Shown here one piece after another: positions 21,012 through 30,454 of a stretch of 64,000 nucleotides of DNA. Position numbers and translations under genes: made by a program. This DNA comes from Flavobacteriales bacterium (GTDB taxonomy: Bacteria > Bacteroidota > Bacteroidia > Flavobacteriales > CAJXXR01). Position 1 is the first letter of the stretch, and each line of letters starts with the position of its first letter. The notes below the pieces were generated by a model that was not told the DNA's origin, did no database searches, and was given only the letters and a program-made list of their open reading frames with translations. The stretch spans positions 3,644 to 67,643 of the forward strand of contig JBMYYR010000001.1 in NCBI GenBank assembly GCA_049609625.1. The letters run 5' to 3'.

Positions 21012-22145
21012 ATGGACGATTTTCAAACTGTTCGCGCTTCGCAAAAGAATAAAAGTTGTAAAAATTGCGCTGCCGAACTCAACTATAAAGCAGGTTCTAC
21101 AACGCTCCACTGCCTCTATTGTGGGCATTTGGAGCAAATAGAAGCGCAAGAACATCAATCAATATTAGAACTCAATTTAGAAAAATACCTTTCTGAAATG
21201 GGCGAAAATGCGCATACTATTGAGCTTTCGATGATGAATTGCAAAGCCTGTGGCGCCGACCAACACGTAGAGCAACATCTCCAAACCTTAAACTGTTCGT
21301 TTTGTGGTTCAATTTTAGAAGCTCAACGCATCAGACAGGAAGAATGGATTGAACCGGGAGCAATTCTGCCCTTTCAGTTAGAAAAAAATAAAGCCTTAGA
21401 GTTGTTTCAGGCATGGTCTCAAGGCTTGTGGCTTGCTCCCAATAACTTTAAAAAAGCACACCTAAATCCCGCTCATTTACAAGGTGTTTATTTGCCTTTT
21501 TGGACTTTTGATGCCCAAATGCACGTTCGTTACTCGGGGCAGCGTGGACAGTATTATTACAAGAACAAACGCGTGGCCGTAAAGGTAAATGGACAAACTC
21601 AATACCGAAACCGACAAGTGAGAAAAGTGCGCTGGACACCTTGTTCTGGTGAAGTTTCTGGCTTTGTAGACGACACTCTAATATCGGCAACAGCCAACAA
21701 GAACAAAAGACAGCTCAGCGACAAGGTTTGCCATTGGACTTTGGAGGCCTGCCAGCCTTTTGACGCCAAATATTTGGCCGGCTATACAACCGAAATGTAT
21801 ACATTGCCCTTAAAAAAAGGACATATTGAGGCCAAAAAAGAAGCTGATGTTATCGCCAAAAACTGGGCAAAAAATGACATCGGCGGAGATACTCAGCGCA
21901 TCCAGTCGCTAACCAAAACGTTGACAAAAGAAACGTTTAAGCACATTTTGTTGCCCATGTTTATGTCTCATTATAACTACGAAGGAAAAGTTTACTCACT
22001 GTATATCAACGGACAAACGGGCGAAATTGATGCCGAACGGCCTTATTCGGTCTGGAAAATTGCTTTTATTTGCCTTGTGGTCTTGCTGATTGTCTGTTTG
22101 ATTTATTATTTAAATCAGAAACCTGTTGGTTATGAGTCAGTTTAG
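21012..22145 (+). CDS. Double zinc-ribbon protein with a C-terminal transmembrane anchor (YdjG-like?)
   Basis: Two CxxC...CxxC ribbons (CKNCAAE..CLYCGH and CKACGAD..CSFCGS). The terminal TM helix is VWKIAFICLVVLLIVCLIYYL. Confidence 0.7.
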   Translation: MDDFQTVRASQKNKSCKNCAAELNYKAGSTTLHCLYCGHLEQIEAQEHQSILELNLEKYLSEMGENAHTIELSMMNCKACGADQHVEQHLQTLNCSFCGSILEAQRIRQEEWIEPGAILPFQLEKNKALELFQAWSQGLWLAPNNFKKAHLNPAHLQGVYLPFWTFDAQMHVRYSGQRGQYYYKNKRVAVKVNGQTQYRNRQVRKVRWTPCSGEVSGFVDDTLISATANKNKRQLSDKVCHWTLEACQPFDAKYLAGYTTEMYTLPLKKGHIEAKKEADVIAKNWAKNDIGGDTQRIQSLTKTLTKETFKHILLPMFMSHYNYEGKVYSLYINGQTGEIDAERPYSVWKIAFICLVVLLIVCLIYYLNQKPVGYESV

Positions 22146-22259
22146 AGAGGCTTGTTGAAAAAAAAACGGAGCTTGATCTCCGAGAACTGCCAGCATGCTA
22201 TTCAAAAACTAAAACAAAAGGTGTGAATTTGTCCTGATTTGAGCCGACACAAAAGTAGC

Positions 22260-24629
22260 TTAGTACTGTTTTTTAGCCACATAGGCTGTTGCCAATGTAG
22301 AGAACAGAACTACTGTAATGGAGCTAAGTGGCATCAAAATGGCTGCCACAATGGGCGATAGTTTACCACTAACGGCAAAACTCAAGCCTACCACATTGTA
22401 TAGAAATGAAATGGCAAAACTGAATTTAATAATCCGAATACTCAGTTTAGAAAAGTTGATAAAGTAGGGCAGATGTTCAAATTGATTGGCGCTTAGAATG
22501 GCGTCGCAAGCCGGAGAAAACTGGTGAATATTATCTGAAACAGCAACGCCTACTTTGCTCTGTTTTAGTGCGCCGGCATCGTTTAGTCCATCGCCAATCA
22601 TCATCACTTGTTCGTGCTCAGACTCTAGTTGTTTAATGTAGTTCAGTTTGTCCATCGGCGATTGGTCGAAATGTAATTGTTTGATGCCAAACTGTGTTTC
22701 TAGTACAGCTTTTTGACCTGCGTTGTCGCCAGAAATTAGATGAATAGAACATGATTCTTTTAGTTTGTCAACCAGTGTTTTGAGCCCTTTCCGATAACTT
22801 TGCTCGAGCTGGAAATAGCCTTTTGTTTGGCCATTTATGGCAACATAAACCCGAGAAGCACGCTTGTGTTTAGATGCTTTGTTTAGATCTAAAAACTCGG
22901 CAGAACCTAATTTTATTTTGAATCCATCTAGCTCACTTTCAATACCTTGTCCTGAAATTTCCTTAAAACTTTTTAGTGTTTGACTTCCTGAACATTCAAG
23001 ATGATTCTTGATCGCTACGCTTAAGGGGTGCAGGGAGTTGCTAACGACGGATTTGACCGCTTCTTGTTCGAGCGTATTCAAAGGGTCGCCATGAAAATTT
23101 ATATGCTTCATACCTCGGTGGGTAATAGTGCCTGTTTTGTCTAAAACGACGGTGGAAATAGCGGCCATCGACTCAATAACTTGAGTGTTTTTTAGGTATA
23201 AGCCTTTGCTGCCCATCAATCGGATGGTGTTTCCGAGTGTAAAAGGCACGCTCAGTGCAAGAGCACAAGGGCAAGCCACAATCAGTACGGCTGTTAGTGC
23301 ATTCCACATCAAATGCTTGTCGGTGTACCACCAAAACAATGCAGTACAAAGAGTGATAACCAGAATAACAATGGTAAAATATTTGCTTACTCGGTTGCTG
23401 ATGGAATGGAGATCGCTTTGTTCACTTTTTTTATCAAAAATATCCTGATTCCAAAGCTGAGTAAGGTAGCTGTTGTTGACTTTTTTTGTGAGTTCGACAC
23501 CAATTTTTGTGCCTACCTGTCGGCCTCCAGCAAAAATTTGATCGCCTATGTGTTTCCGCACAGGTGCCGACTCGCCCGTAACGAAACTATAGTCGATATA
23601 GGCTTCTCCGGATGTTAGAATGCTATCGGCAGGAATAAGTTCGTTGTTTCTAAGTTCGATGTTGTCGCCTACTTTTAGGTCGTCAATAGTTGTAGGCTGG
23701 TATGTGTTGCCTACTTTTTTGGAGACCGCAATGGGGAAATAGGATTTATAATCTCGCTCGAACGACAAGGTGTCGTAGGTTTTTTTCTGAAACCACTGCC
23801 CCAGAAGCAGAAAGAAAACGAGCCCTGAAAGTGAATCGAAATATCCAGCGCCAGTTGCCGAAATAATTTCATAGCTACTCCGAATCAATAAGGTAATCAT
23901 ACCCAAAGCGATAGGAATGTCCATGTTTATAAAGCGTTGCTGGATGCCTTTCCAAGCGTTTCTCAGATAGCCAAAACCAGCATAAAAAAAGACAGGTAAG
24001 GTCAAAATGAGTGAAATGTAGCCAAAAAAGGCTCGAAATTGCTCATAGGAAGCATCAATGCCCAGATATTCTGGAAAAGCCAAGAGCATAATATTACCAA
24101 AACAAAAGCCCGCTACACCGATTTTGTAATATAAACTGCGATTGATGTTTGCATTGGCGGAAGTTTCGAGCTTGTCGTGGAGGTTGGGCTGGTAGCCAAT
24201 GGCGGAGAGCAATTCGACAACTTCTCTTAGGTTAATGTCTTGATTATTAAAGCTAATGTCGACTCGGCGGCTAGAGAAATTCACAAATGCTGACGAAATT
24301 CCTTTGTGGAGTCGTGTTAAATTTTCGAGCAACCAAATACAGGCACTACAATGAATTTGAGGAATATGAAATGAAACCTTGGTTAGGTTATCGTTTTCAA
24401 ACCGAATCCATCGCTGTTTGAACTCATCGACATCCAAAAACGCAAATTGATCTTTGTGGTTTAGCTCGGTTTTGAGTCCCGGAAAATGTTCTAAATCATA
24501 GTAAGTATCCAAATCATTTGTCTCCAAAATCTCGAAAACTGTTCGGCAACCAAAACAACAAAAGTGCTGTGTTTTATAAATCACTTCGCTTGCACTCTCG
24601 CATGGGTCTCCACAGTGGTAACAGTTCAT
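22260..24629 (-). CDS. ccoI: Heavy-metal (copper) P-type ATPase, FixI/CcoI-type cbb3 oxidase maturation protein
   Basis: N-terminus MNCYHCGDPC...FCCFGCRTVFEIL, CPC ion motif (ACPCALAL), DKTGT phosphorylation site, GDGLNDAGAL. Confidence 0.88.
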   Translation of the reverse strand: MNCYHCGDPCESASEVIYKTQHFCCFGCRTVFEILETNDLDTYYDLEHFPGLKTELNHKDQFAFLDVDEFKQRWIRFENDNLTKVSFHIPQIHCSACIWLLENLTRLHKGISSAFVNFSSRRVDISFNNQDINLREVVELLSAIGYQPNLHDKLETSANANINRSLYYKIGVAGFCFGNIMLLAFPEYLGIDASYEQFRAFFGYISLILTLPVFFYAGFGYLRNAWKGIQQRFINMDIPIALGMITLLIRSSYEIISATGAGYFDSLSGLVFFLLLGQWFQKKTYDTLSFERDYKSYFPIAVSKKVGNTYQPTTIDDLKVGDNIELRNNELIPADSILTSGEAYIDYSFVTGESAPVRKHIGDQIFAGGRQVGTKIGVELTKKVNNSYLTQLWNQDIFDKKSEQSDLHSISNRVSKYFTIVILVITLCTALFWWYTDKHLMWNALTAVLIVACPCALALSVPFTLGNTIRLMGSKGLYLKNTQVIESMAAISTVVLDKTGTITHRGMKHINFHGDPLNTLEQEAVKSVVSNSLHPLSVAIKNHLECSGSQTLKSFKEISGQGIESELDGFKIKLGSAEFLDLNKASKHKRASRVYVAINGQTKGYFQLEQSYRKGLKTLVDKLKESCSIHLISGDNAGQKAVLETQFGIKQLHFDQSPMDKLNYIKQLESEHEQVMMIGDGLNDAGALKQSKVGVAVSDNIHQFSPACDAILSANQFEHLPYFINFSKLSIRIIKFSFAISFLYNVVGLSFAVSGKLSPIVAAILMPLSSITVVLFSTLATAYVAKKQY

Positions 24630-24848
24630 AGCTTTGGTTTTGAGATAATGAATGATAACAATAGGTTCAACATAAGGTATTGTAGGTTGATTGCTCTAGT
24701 CGAAACATGATTTTTATCACATTTCCGACAAAACAATAGTATTCTCTTGATATTCAAAATGCTTCATTTCAGTAAAAAAGCTGATATTTGTCAGTTTTTT
24801 AACGTCAATATTAAAATTATTTTGTAATCCAACAACACCAAGGTCTCT

Positions 24849-26402
24849 ATGTGTAAACACAGTCAAGCTCAAAACATCAAAGAAACGAGAATTAATCCTG
24901 AAGAATTTTACCAACAATTGTTTGATTCGGCAGGAGAGGGCATTCTTTTGGTCAACAACAAAGGTCAAATTGTGATGGCCAACAAAAGACTGGTTGATTT
25001 ATTTGGTTATCAACTCGAAGAGATTCTAAATCAGAATATTAATATTTTGATTCCCCAAAATTCTAGACCACATCATGATCGTTATATCTCTGGCTATTTT
25101 AGTGCGCCAAGAGCTCGGTCTATGGGTAAGGAAATGATTTTGGCTGGGCTTAGAAAAGATGGTACTGAATTTCCGATTGAAATCAGTCTGAATTATTTTA
25201 GATCGAACAAAGACATGTTTGCTATTGCTTTGATTACCGACATCACTGTCCGAAAAGAGGCCGAATCTGAAATTGTGGAGCTCAACGAAAAATTGGAACA
25301 GCGAGTCAAGGAACGTACAGAGCAGCTGGCAGAAAGCGAACGTTTGTATAGCGCTATTGCGCGTAATTTTCCCGATGGCATTATTAGTGTTCTGGACCGG
25401 AATTTGAATTATATTTTTGTTGAAGGCAAGGAGCTCACAAAGTTGGGCATCGATGCAAAATCTTTGATTAACACCAGCTATCTTGAACGGCTTCCGAAAG
25501 CCCTGTTGAGCCAAGTGAAACATCATTTTTCTCAGGTTTTTGAAGGAGAATCGAACTCATTTGAACTTTCTCTAAACCAAAGACATTATGTTTTGGATGC
25601 TGTGCCTCTAAAACACACGGGCACTAAAATAGATCAGATTTTGTTGGTCGAAAAAAACGTTACTTCAACCAAAGAGCTCGAGAATGAAATGAAGAAAAGT
25701 TTGGAAAGAGAGCGCGAACTTAGCAGTATGAAATCTCGCTTTGTGTCGATGGCTTCGCATGAGTTCAGAACGCCATTGGGCACTATTCTGTCTTCTGCAT
25801 CGCTGATAGCTCGCTACACCAAAGACGAGCAACAGGAACAAAGAGAAAAACATGTGTCTAAAATTAAATCATCGGTAACAAATCTAACCAGTATTCTGAA
25901 TGATTTTTTGTCTTTAGAAAGTCTGGAGGCAGGCAAACTGACTTGTGTTCTTGAAGCGTTTGAACTTGTAGATCTTTGCGAAACGGTAAAAGAGGATATT
26001 CAAGGTTTGCTAAAAACAGGACAAACCATAGAGTATAAGCATCTAGGCGATCAAAGTATAGTTTGTCTGGACAAGCAAATGATGGGAAATGCGCTATTGA
26101 ATTTATTATCGAATGCCATTAAATATTCTCACGAATATCAAGCTATTCAGTTTGTTAGTCAAATTGAAGATGGGCAATTGAATATTTCCGTAACCGACAA
26201 CGGTATCGGTATACCAATAAGTGAGCAGAAGCATTTGTTTGTTCGGTTTTTTAGAGCCAACAATGCAACCAACATCAAAGGAACCGGCTTGGGACTCAAC
26301 ATCACAAAAAAATATATTGAACTGATGGGAGGGAAAATTCAGCTGACTAGCGAAGAAGGAAAAGGCACAAAGGCGGAACTTTTGTTTGATTTAAAACACT
26401 AA
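24849..26402 (+). CDS. Soluble tandem-PAS sensor histidine kinase (FixL-like first PAS)
   Basis: No TM segment. PAS1 spans about residues 17-135 and carries the HHDRYISGY motif. A coiled coil and PAS2 follow, then HisKA SHEFRTPL and HATPase_c (NLLSNAIKYS, DNGIGIP, GTGLGL). Confidence 0.88.
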   Translation: MCKHSQAQNIKETRINPEEFYQQLFDSAGEGILLVNNKGQIVMANKRLVDLFGYQLEEILNQNINILIPQNSRPHHDRYISGYFSAPRARSMGKEMILAGLRKDGTEFPIEISLNYFRSNKDMFAIALITDITVRKEAESEIVELNEKLEQRVKERTEQLAESERLYSAIARNFPDGIISVLDRNLNYIFVEGKELTKLGIDAKSLINTSYLERLPKALLSQVKHHFSQVFEGESNSFELSLNQRHYVLDAVPLKHTGTKIDQILLVEKNVTSTKELENEMKKSLERERELSSMKSRFVSMASHEFRTPLGTILSSASLIARYTKDEQQEQREKHVSKIKSSVTNLTSILNDFLSLESLEAGKLTCVLEAFELVDLCETVKEDIQGLLKTGQTIEYKHLGDQSIVCLDKQMMGNALLNLLSNAIKYSHEYQAIQFVSQIEDGQLNISVTDNGIGIPISEQKHLFVRFFRANNATNIKGTGLGLNITKKYIELMGGKIQLTSEEGKGTKAELLFDLKH

Positions 26403-26406
26403 AATT

Positions 26407-27468
26407 ATGGCAAAATCAATTTTGTTGATAGAAGACAATAAAGGCATGAGAGAAAATATTGCCGAAATTTTGGAATTGGCAAATTATGAAGTTTCGACTG
26501 CCGAAAATGGAAAAATTGGGGTAAAACAAGCAAAGCTTTTGCTTCCCGATCTTATTATTTGCGATATTATGATGCCTGAAATGGATGGTTATGAAACCTT
26601 GTATATGCTTGGGAAAGACAAGCGAACGAGCCAAATTCCGTTTATTTTTTTGACGGCAAAATCGGAAAAAACCGATTGGCGAAAAGGTATGAACATGGGC
26701 GCGGACGATTATCTGACCAAGCCTTTTGATGAAATGGAACTTCTGAATGCCGTTGAGGTTAGGCTTCAGAAAAGTGAACGCTTGAGCCAGGAATTAAATG
26801 ATAAGTTGGAGCATTCTAATCACTTCATATACAAATCATTGGGTATGGAAAAATTAAGAGCTCTAGCCGAAAATAAAAAATCAAAAGTCTACAAGAAAAA
26901 GGAAATTATTTTCCATGAAGGCGATTACGTTGGTTCTGTGTTCTATGTGTTGCAAGGAAAAATTAAGACCTACAAAAGTAATCTAGATTCAAAAGATTAT
27001 ACACTTGACCTGTACCGAAAGGGCGATTTTATTGGTTACAAAGCGCTCATCAAAGAGATGGAACATTTCAATTCGGCTGTGGCACTCGAAGATTCTACGC
27101 TTGTAAGAATCAAAAAAGAAGAATTTTTGAACCTGCTCTACGAAAACCCTGATGTGTCTAAAGTGTTCAATAAGTTACTGTCGGGAAAATTGATGGAAAA
27201 AGAACAGGAATTAATTAATTTGGCTTTCAATTCGGTTCGCAAACGTGCTGCCGACGCTCTGTTGTTGTTAGAAAAAAAGTATAAAGAAGAGGACGAATCT
27301 CCATTTTGTATGTCGATTTCTAGGGACGATTTGGCAAGCCTTGTTGGCACATCTACCGAGTCGGTTATTCGCGCACTTTCCGATTTTAAAGACGAAGCAT
27401 TGATAGAAGTAAAAGGAAGTAAAATTACTTTGCTGGACAGCGATGGCTTAAAATCTTTGCGACAGTAG
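26407..27468 (+). CDS. Response regulator: REC domain fused to a Crp/Fnr-type cNMP-binding domain and HTH
   Basis: REC (LIICDIMMPEMDG, LTKPF), a Crp beta-barrel-like segment (IIFHEGDYVGSVFYVLQGKIK) and a C-terminal HTH (RDDLASLVGTSTESVIRALS). Starts 4 nt after the kinase stop. Confidence 0.85.
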   Translation: MAKSILLIEDNKGMRENIAEILELANYEVSTAENGKIGVKQAKLLLPDLIICDIMMPEMDGYETLYMLGKDKRTSQIPFIFLTAKSEKTDWRKGMNMGADDYLTKPFDEMELLNAVEVRLQKSERLSQELNDKLEHSNHFIYKSLGMEKLRALAENKKSKVYKKKEIIFHEGDYVGSVFYVLQGKIKTYKSNLDSKDYTLDLYRKGDFIGYKALIKEMEHFNSAVALEDSTLVRIKKEEFLNLLYENPDVSKVFNKLLSGKLMEKEQELINLAFNSVRKRAADALLLLEKKYKEEDESPFCMSISRDDLASLVGTSTESVIRALSDFKDEALIEVKGSKITLLDSDGLKSLRQ

Positions 27469-27617
27469 AGGTTGTTGGGTCATTTGCATGCTTTTTTTGT
27501 TAATTTGAGTTAATAGGAAATCTTAGTCTGCTTTCCAGATTGTTGCAGAAGAACATAAATTGCAAGATATTAACCATTATTAATTGAAGTGTAAAAATAA
27601 ATTTTTTTGAGTTTTGT

Positions 27618-27625
27618 TAAGTTTG
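27618..27625 (+). promoter_or_regulatory. Candidate -7 box (TAAGTTTG) for the moxR/bat operon
   Basis: TAnnTTTG match 30 nt upstream of the ATG at 27656. Confidence 0.4.
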
Positions 27626-27655
27626 TCCTCGCTTTAAAACAAAAATCAAAAAACT

Positions 27656-28654
27656 ATGGAAACAACCGTCGATATTAAAGCCATTAATGAAAAAATTAAG
27701 GAAGAAAGTGCGTTTATTGATCTTTTAAGTTTAGAAATCAACAAAGTGATTGTTGGTCAAAAACACATGGTCGAGCGACTTTTAATCGGGCTTTTGGGTT
27801 CTGGACATATCCTTTTAGAAGGAGTGCCTGGGCTTGCAAAAACTTTGGCTATCAACACACTTTCTAAGGCTATAAAGTCTGATTTTCAACGGATTCAATT
27901 CACGCCAGATCTGTTGCCTTCGGACGTCATCGGAACCTTGATTTACAATATCCAAAAAGGAGAATTTGACATCAAAAAAGGCCCTATTTTTTCCAATTTT
28001 GTGTTGGCAGATGAAATCAACCGAGCACCAGCAAAAGTACAATCGGCCCTACTAGAAGCCATGGCAGAAAAGCAGGTTACGATAGGCGATGTAACCTATA
28101 AATTGGACGAGCCATTTTTGGTTTTGGCAACGCAAAACCCTGTGGAACAAGAAGGTACGTATCCCTTGCCCGAAGCTCAGATGGATAGATTTATGCTCAA
28201 AACAGTGATTACATACCCAACACTCGAAGACGAGCGTGCCATTGTGCGCAACACCATAAACGGCTCTATTTATCAAGACGTCAATCCGGTTGTGAGTATC
28301 GAAGAAATTTTGAGAGCTCGCGAAGTGGTAAAAGAGGTTTATATGGACGAAAAAATCGAAAACTATATTCTTGATATCATATTTGCCAGTCGTTTTCCAG
28401 AAAAATACAAACTAGAGCATCTCAAACCACTTATCAGTTTTGGAGCTTCGCCTCGTGGGTCTATCAACTTGTCGATGGCAGCCAAAGTCTATGCTTTTAT
28501 CCGCCATCGTGGTTATGTTATTCCAGAAGATGTTCGGGCAGTTTGTCATGATGTATTGCGCCACCGAATAGGTGTAACATACGAAGCCGAAGCTGAAAAC
28601 TTGACAAGTGAAGATATTATTAATCAGATACTTAATGCTGTAGAAGTTCCGTAA
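27656..28654 (+). CDS. moxR: MoxR-family AAA+ ATPase
   Basis: LLEGVPGLAKT Walker A, LADEINRAPAKVQSALLEAM Walker B/sensor region. Confidence 0.93.
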   Translation: METTVDIKAINEKIKEESAFIDLLSLEINKVIVGQKHMVERLLIGLLGSGHILLEGVPGLAKTLAINTLSKAIKSDFQRIQFTPDLLPSDVIGTLIYNIQKGEFDIKKGPIFSNFVLADEINRAPAKVQSALLEAMAEKQVTIGDVTYKLDEPFLVLATQNPVEQEGTYPLPEAQMDRFMLKTVITYPTLEDERAIVRNTINGSIYQDVNPVVSIEEILRAREVVKEVYMDEKIENYILDIIFASRFPEKYKLEHLKPLISFGASPRGSINLSMAAKVYAFIRHRGYVIPEDVRAVCHDVLRHRIGVTYEAEAENLTSEDIINQILNAVEVP

Positions 28655-28661
28655 ACAGAGC

Positions 28662-29528
28662 ATGACAACTAGCGAAATCATAAAACAAGTTCGGCGGGTA
28701 GAAATCAAAACCAAACGCTTATCCAACCATATTTTTTCGGGAGAATATCACAGTTCTTTCAAAGGAAAAGGGATGTCTTTTTCTGAAGTCAGAAGATATG
28801 AAATGGGCGACGATGTACGCGATATCGATTGGAATGTAACCGCCAAATTGCACGAACCTTATGTCAAGGTTTTTGAGGAAGAGCGCGAGCTTACCATGAT
28901 GCTTTTGGTGGATGTGTCTGCCTCATCTACATTTGGCACCTTGAAAAGCGAAAAACGTCAATTGATGACCGAACTTTGTGCTGTTCTTGCCTTTTCGGCG
29001 ATTCAGAATAACGACAAAGTGGGTCTAATTCTATTTAGTTCGGAAGTCGAAAAGTTTATTCCACCCAAAAAAGGAAAAAGTCATATTCTGAGAATCATCA
29101 GAGAATTGATTGAATTTGAACCAAAATCTAAAGACACCAACATTAGTGTTGCATTGAAATTTATGATGCAAGTTATTAAAAAACAATGTATTACCTTTTT
29201 GGTTTCAGATTTTATAGATGAGGATTATCAGACCGAAATCCAGATGGCATCCAGAAAATATGATTTTACAGGCGTTCGGATATTTGATCGACATGAAGAG
29301 CAGATGCCCGATGTTGGTTTGATAGAATGTGTTGATGTCGAGACCAATGAATCTATATTAATTGACAGTAGTTCCAAAAAAGTTCGGACAGCCTACGATG
29401 CTAAATTCCATGTACACAAAGGCTATTGTGCCGATGTGTTCAGAAAAAGTGGCTCGGATTTAATTGAACTCCAAACTGACGAAAATTACATCAAAAAATT
29501 ATTGGCATTTTTTAAAAAACGTAGCTAA
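28662..29528 (+). CDS. DUF58 protein (VWA-like MoxR partner)
   Basis: GEYHSSFKGKGMSFSEVRRYEMGDDVRDIDWNVTAK is the DUF58 signature. Confidence 0.88.
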   Translation: MTTSEIIKQVRRVEIKTKRLSNHIFSGEYHSSFKGKGMSFSEVRRYEMGDDVRDIDWNVTAKLHEPYVKVFEEERELTMMLLVDVSASSTFGTLKSEKRQLMTELCAVLAFSAIQNNDKVGLILFSSEVEKFIPPKKGKSHILRIIRELIEFEPKSKDTNISVALKFMMQVIKKQCITFLVSDFIDEDYQTEIQMASRKYDFTGVRIFDRHEEQMPDVGLIECVDVETNESILIDSSSKKVRTAYDAKFHVHKGYCADVFRKSGSDLIELQTDENYIKKLLAFFKKRS

Positions 29529-29533
29529 ATTCG

Positions 29534-30454
29534 ATGAAAACGTATTTAATTTCTTTGTTCAGTCTTTTGACTGTTGCTTTGCAAGCGCAAGTTAGCTTAA
29601 ACTATGGCTTTTCGACTGATACCATGTTAGTTGGAGACCAATTGTTGATGAAGCTCGAGCTCAAAGGCAAGGCTTCCGAAGCTGTTATTTGGCCTTTAAT
29701 TACCGATACTTTGGGCGACTTTGAAGTCGTTGAGCAAAGCTCAATTGACACCATTCCTTCGGATACTTTAAATTTAGAAAAATACCTTTTTCTGACTCAA
29801 TTTGACACGGGCGTATTTGTTGTTCCGAGTTTGGCTTTTAGCGTCAATCAGGATAGTATTTTTACTCAAAGTCATCAACTTGTGGTGCTTCCCGTTCACA
29901 TCGATTCGACCAACGCTGGATTCTACGCACAGGTCGATCCGCTAGAAGTGCCTTATGTTTTTGGTGAATTTAAAGATTTGATAATCAATATTTTGATAGG
30001 TATTTTAATCTTAGGCTTACTTGCCTTTTTCATTATCCGCTACCTCAAAAAACAGCAAAAGAAAGAAAAAGTAGAACTCAAAATCCCCGCTCATATTTTA
30101 GCTTTGGGCGAATTATCGGAGCTGAAATCTAAACACTACATTGACTCTGACGAGATCAAAACGTATTACTCAGAACTTTCTGATATTATTCGTCGATACA
30201 TAGAACGACGCTACCATTTTTTGGCTCTCGAATCGACGACTAGCGAAATCGCACAATCCTTAAAAACACAAAAATTAACCGAAACACAAAAAACTAAATT
30301 GATGACTTTCCTTGAAGAAGCCGATCTGGTAAAGTTTGCAAAAGCCTTCCCCGAAGCTCATCAGCATGAGGTTTATTATTCTGAATTAGAAGAATTTATA
30401 CATCAAACCAAAGTCCAATTTGAAGAAATAGCAGTCGATGAACATCACGAATAA
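29534..30454 (+). CDS. Membrane protein with a BatD-like periplasmic N-domain, one TM helix and a DUF4381-like C-domain
   Basis: Signal peptide, central TM helix LIINILIGILILGLLAFFII, and its position between DUF58 and batA. Confidence 0.6.
   Translation: MKTYLISLFSLLTVALQAQVSLNYGFSTDTMLVGDQLLMKLELKGKASEAVIWPLITDTLGDFEVVEQSSIDTIPSDTLNLEKYLFLTQFDTGVFVVPSLAFSVNQDSIFTQSHQLVVLPVHIDSTNAGFYAQVDPLEVPYVFGEFKDLIINILIGILILGLLAFFIIRYLKKQQKKEKVELKIPAHILALGELSELKSKHYIDSDEIKTYYSELSDIIRRYIERRYHFLALESTTSEIAQSLKTQKLTETQKTKLMTFLEEADLVKFAKAFPEAHQHEVYYSELEEFIHQTKVQFEEIAVDEHHE

Noticed and set aside
22146-22259. Possible ccoS-like small gene downstream of ccoI
   Set aside because: Only a 19-codon ORF (MLAVLGDQAPFFFQQASLN) fits there, and it has no CcoS-like TM helix. 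The region more likely holds just a weak hairpin (cggag/ctccg at about 22167-22182) with an adjacent A-run.
24717-24968. 83-aa minus-strand ORF spanning the ccoI/kinase intergenic region
   Set aside because: It overlaps the kinase N-terminus by 120 nt and has no motif. It does not resemble CcoS or any cco accessory protein.
25026-25526. 166-aa minus-strand ORF (and 25193-25381) inside the histidine kinase gene
   Set aside because: It is antisense to a well-supported PAS/HisKA coding sequence and has no recognisable domain, start context or promoter box.
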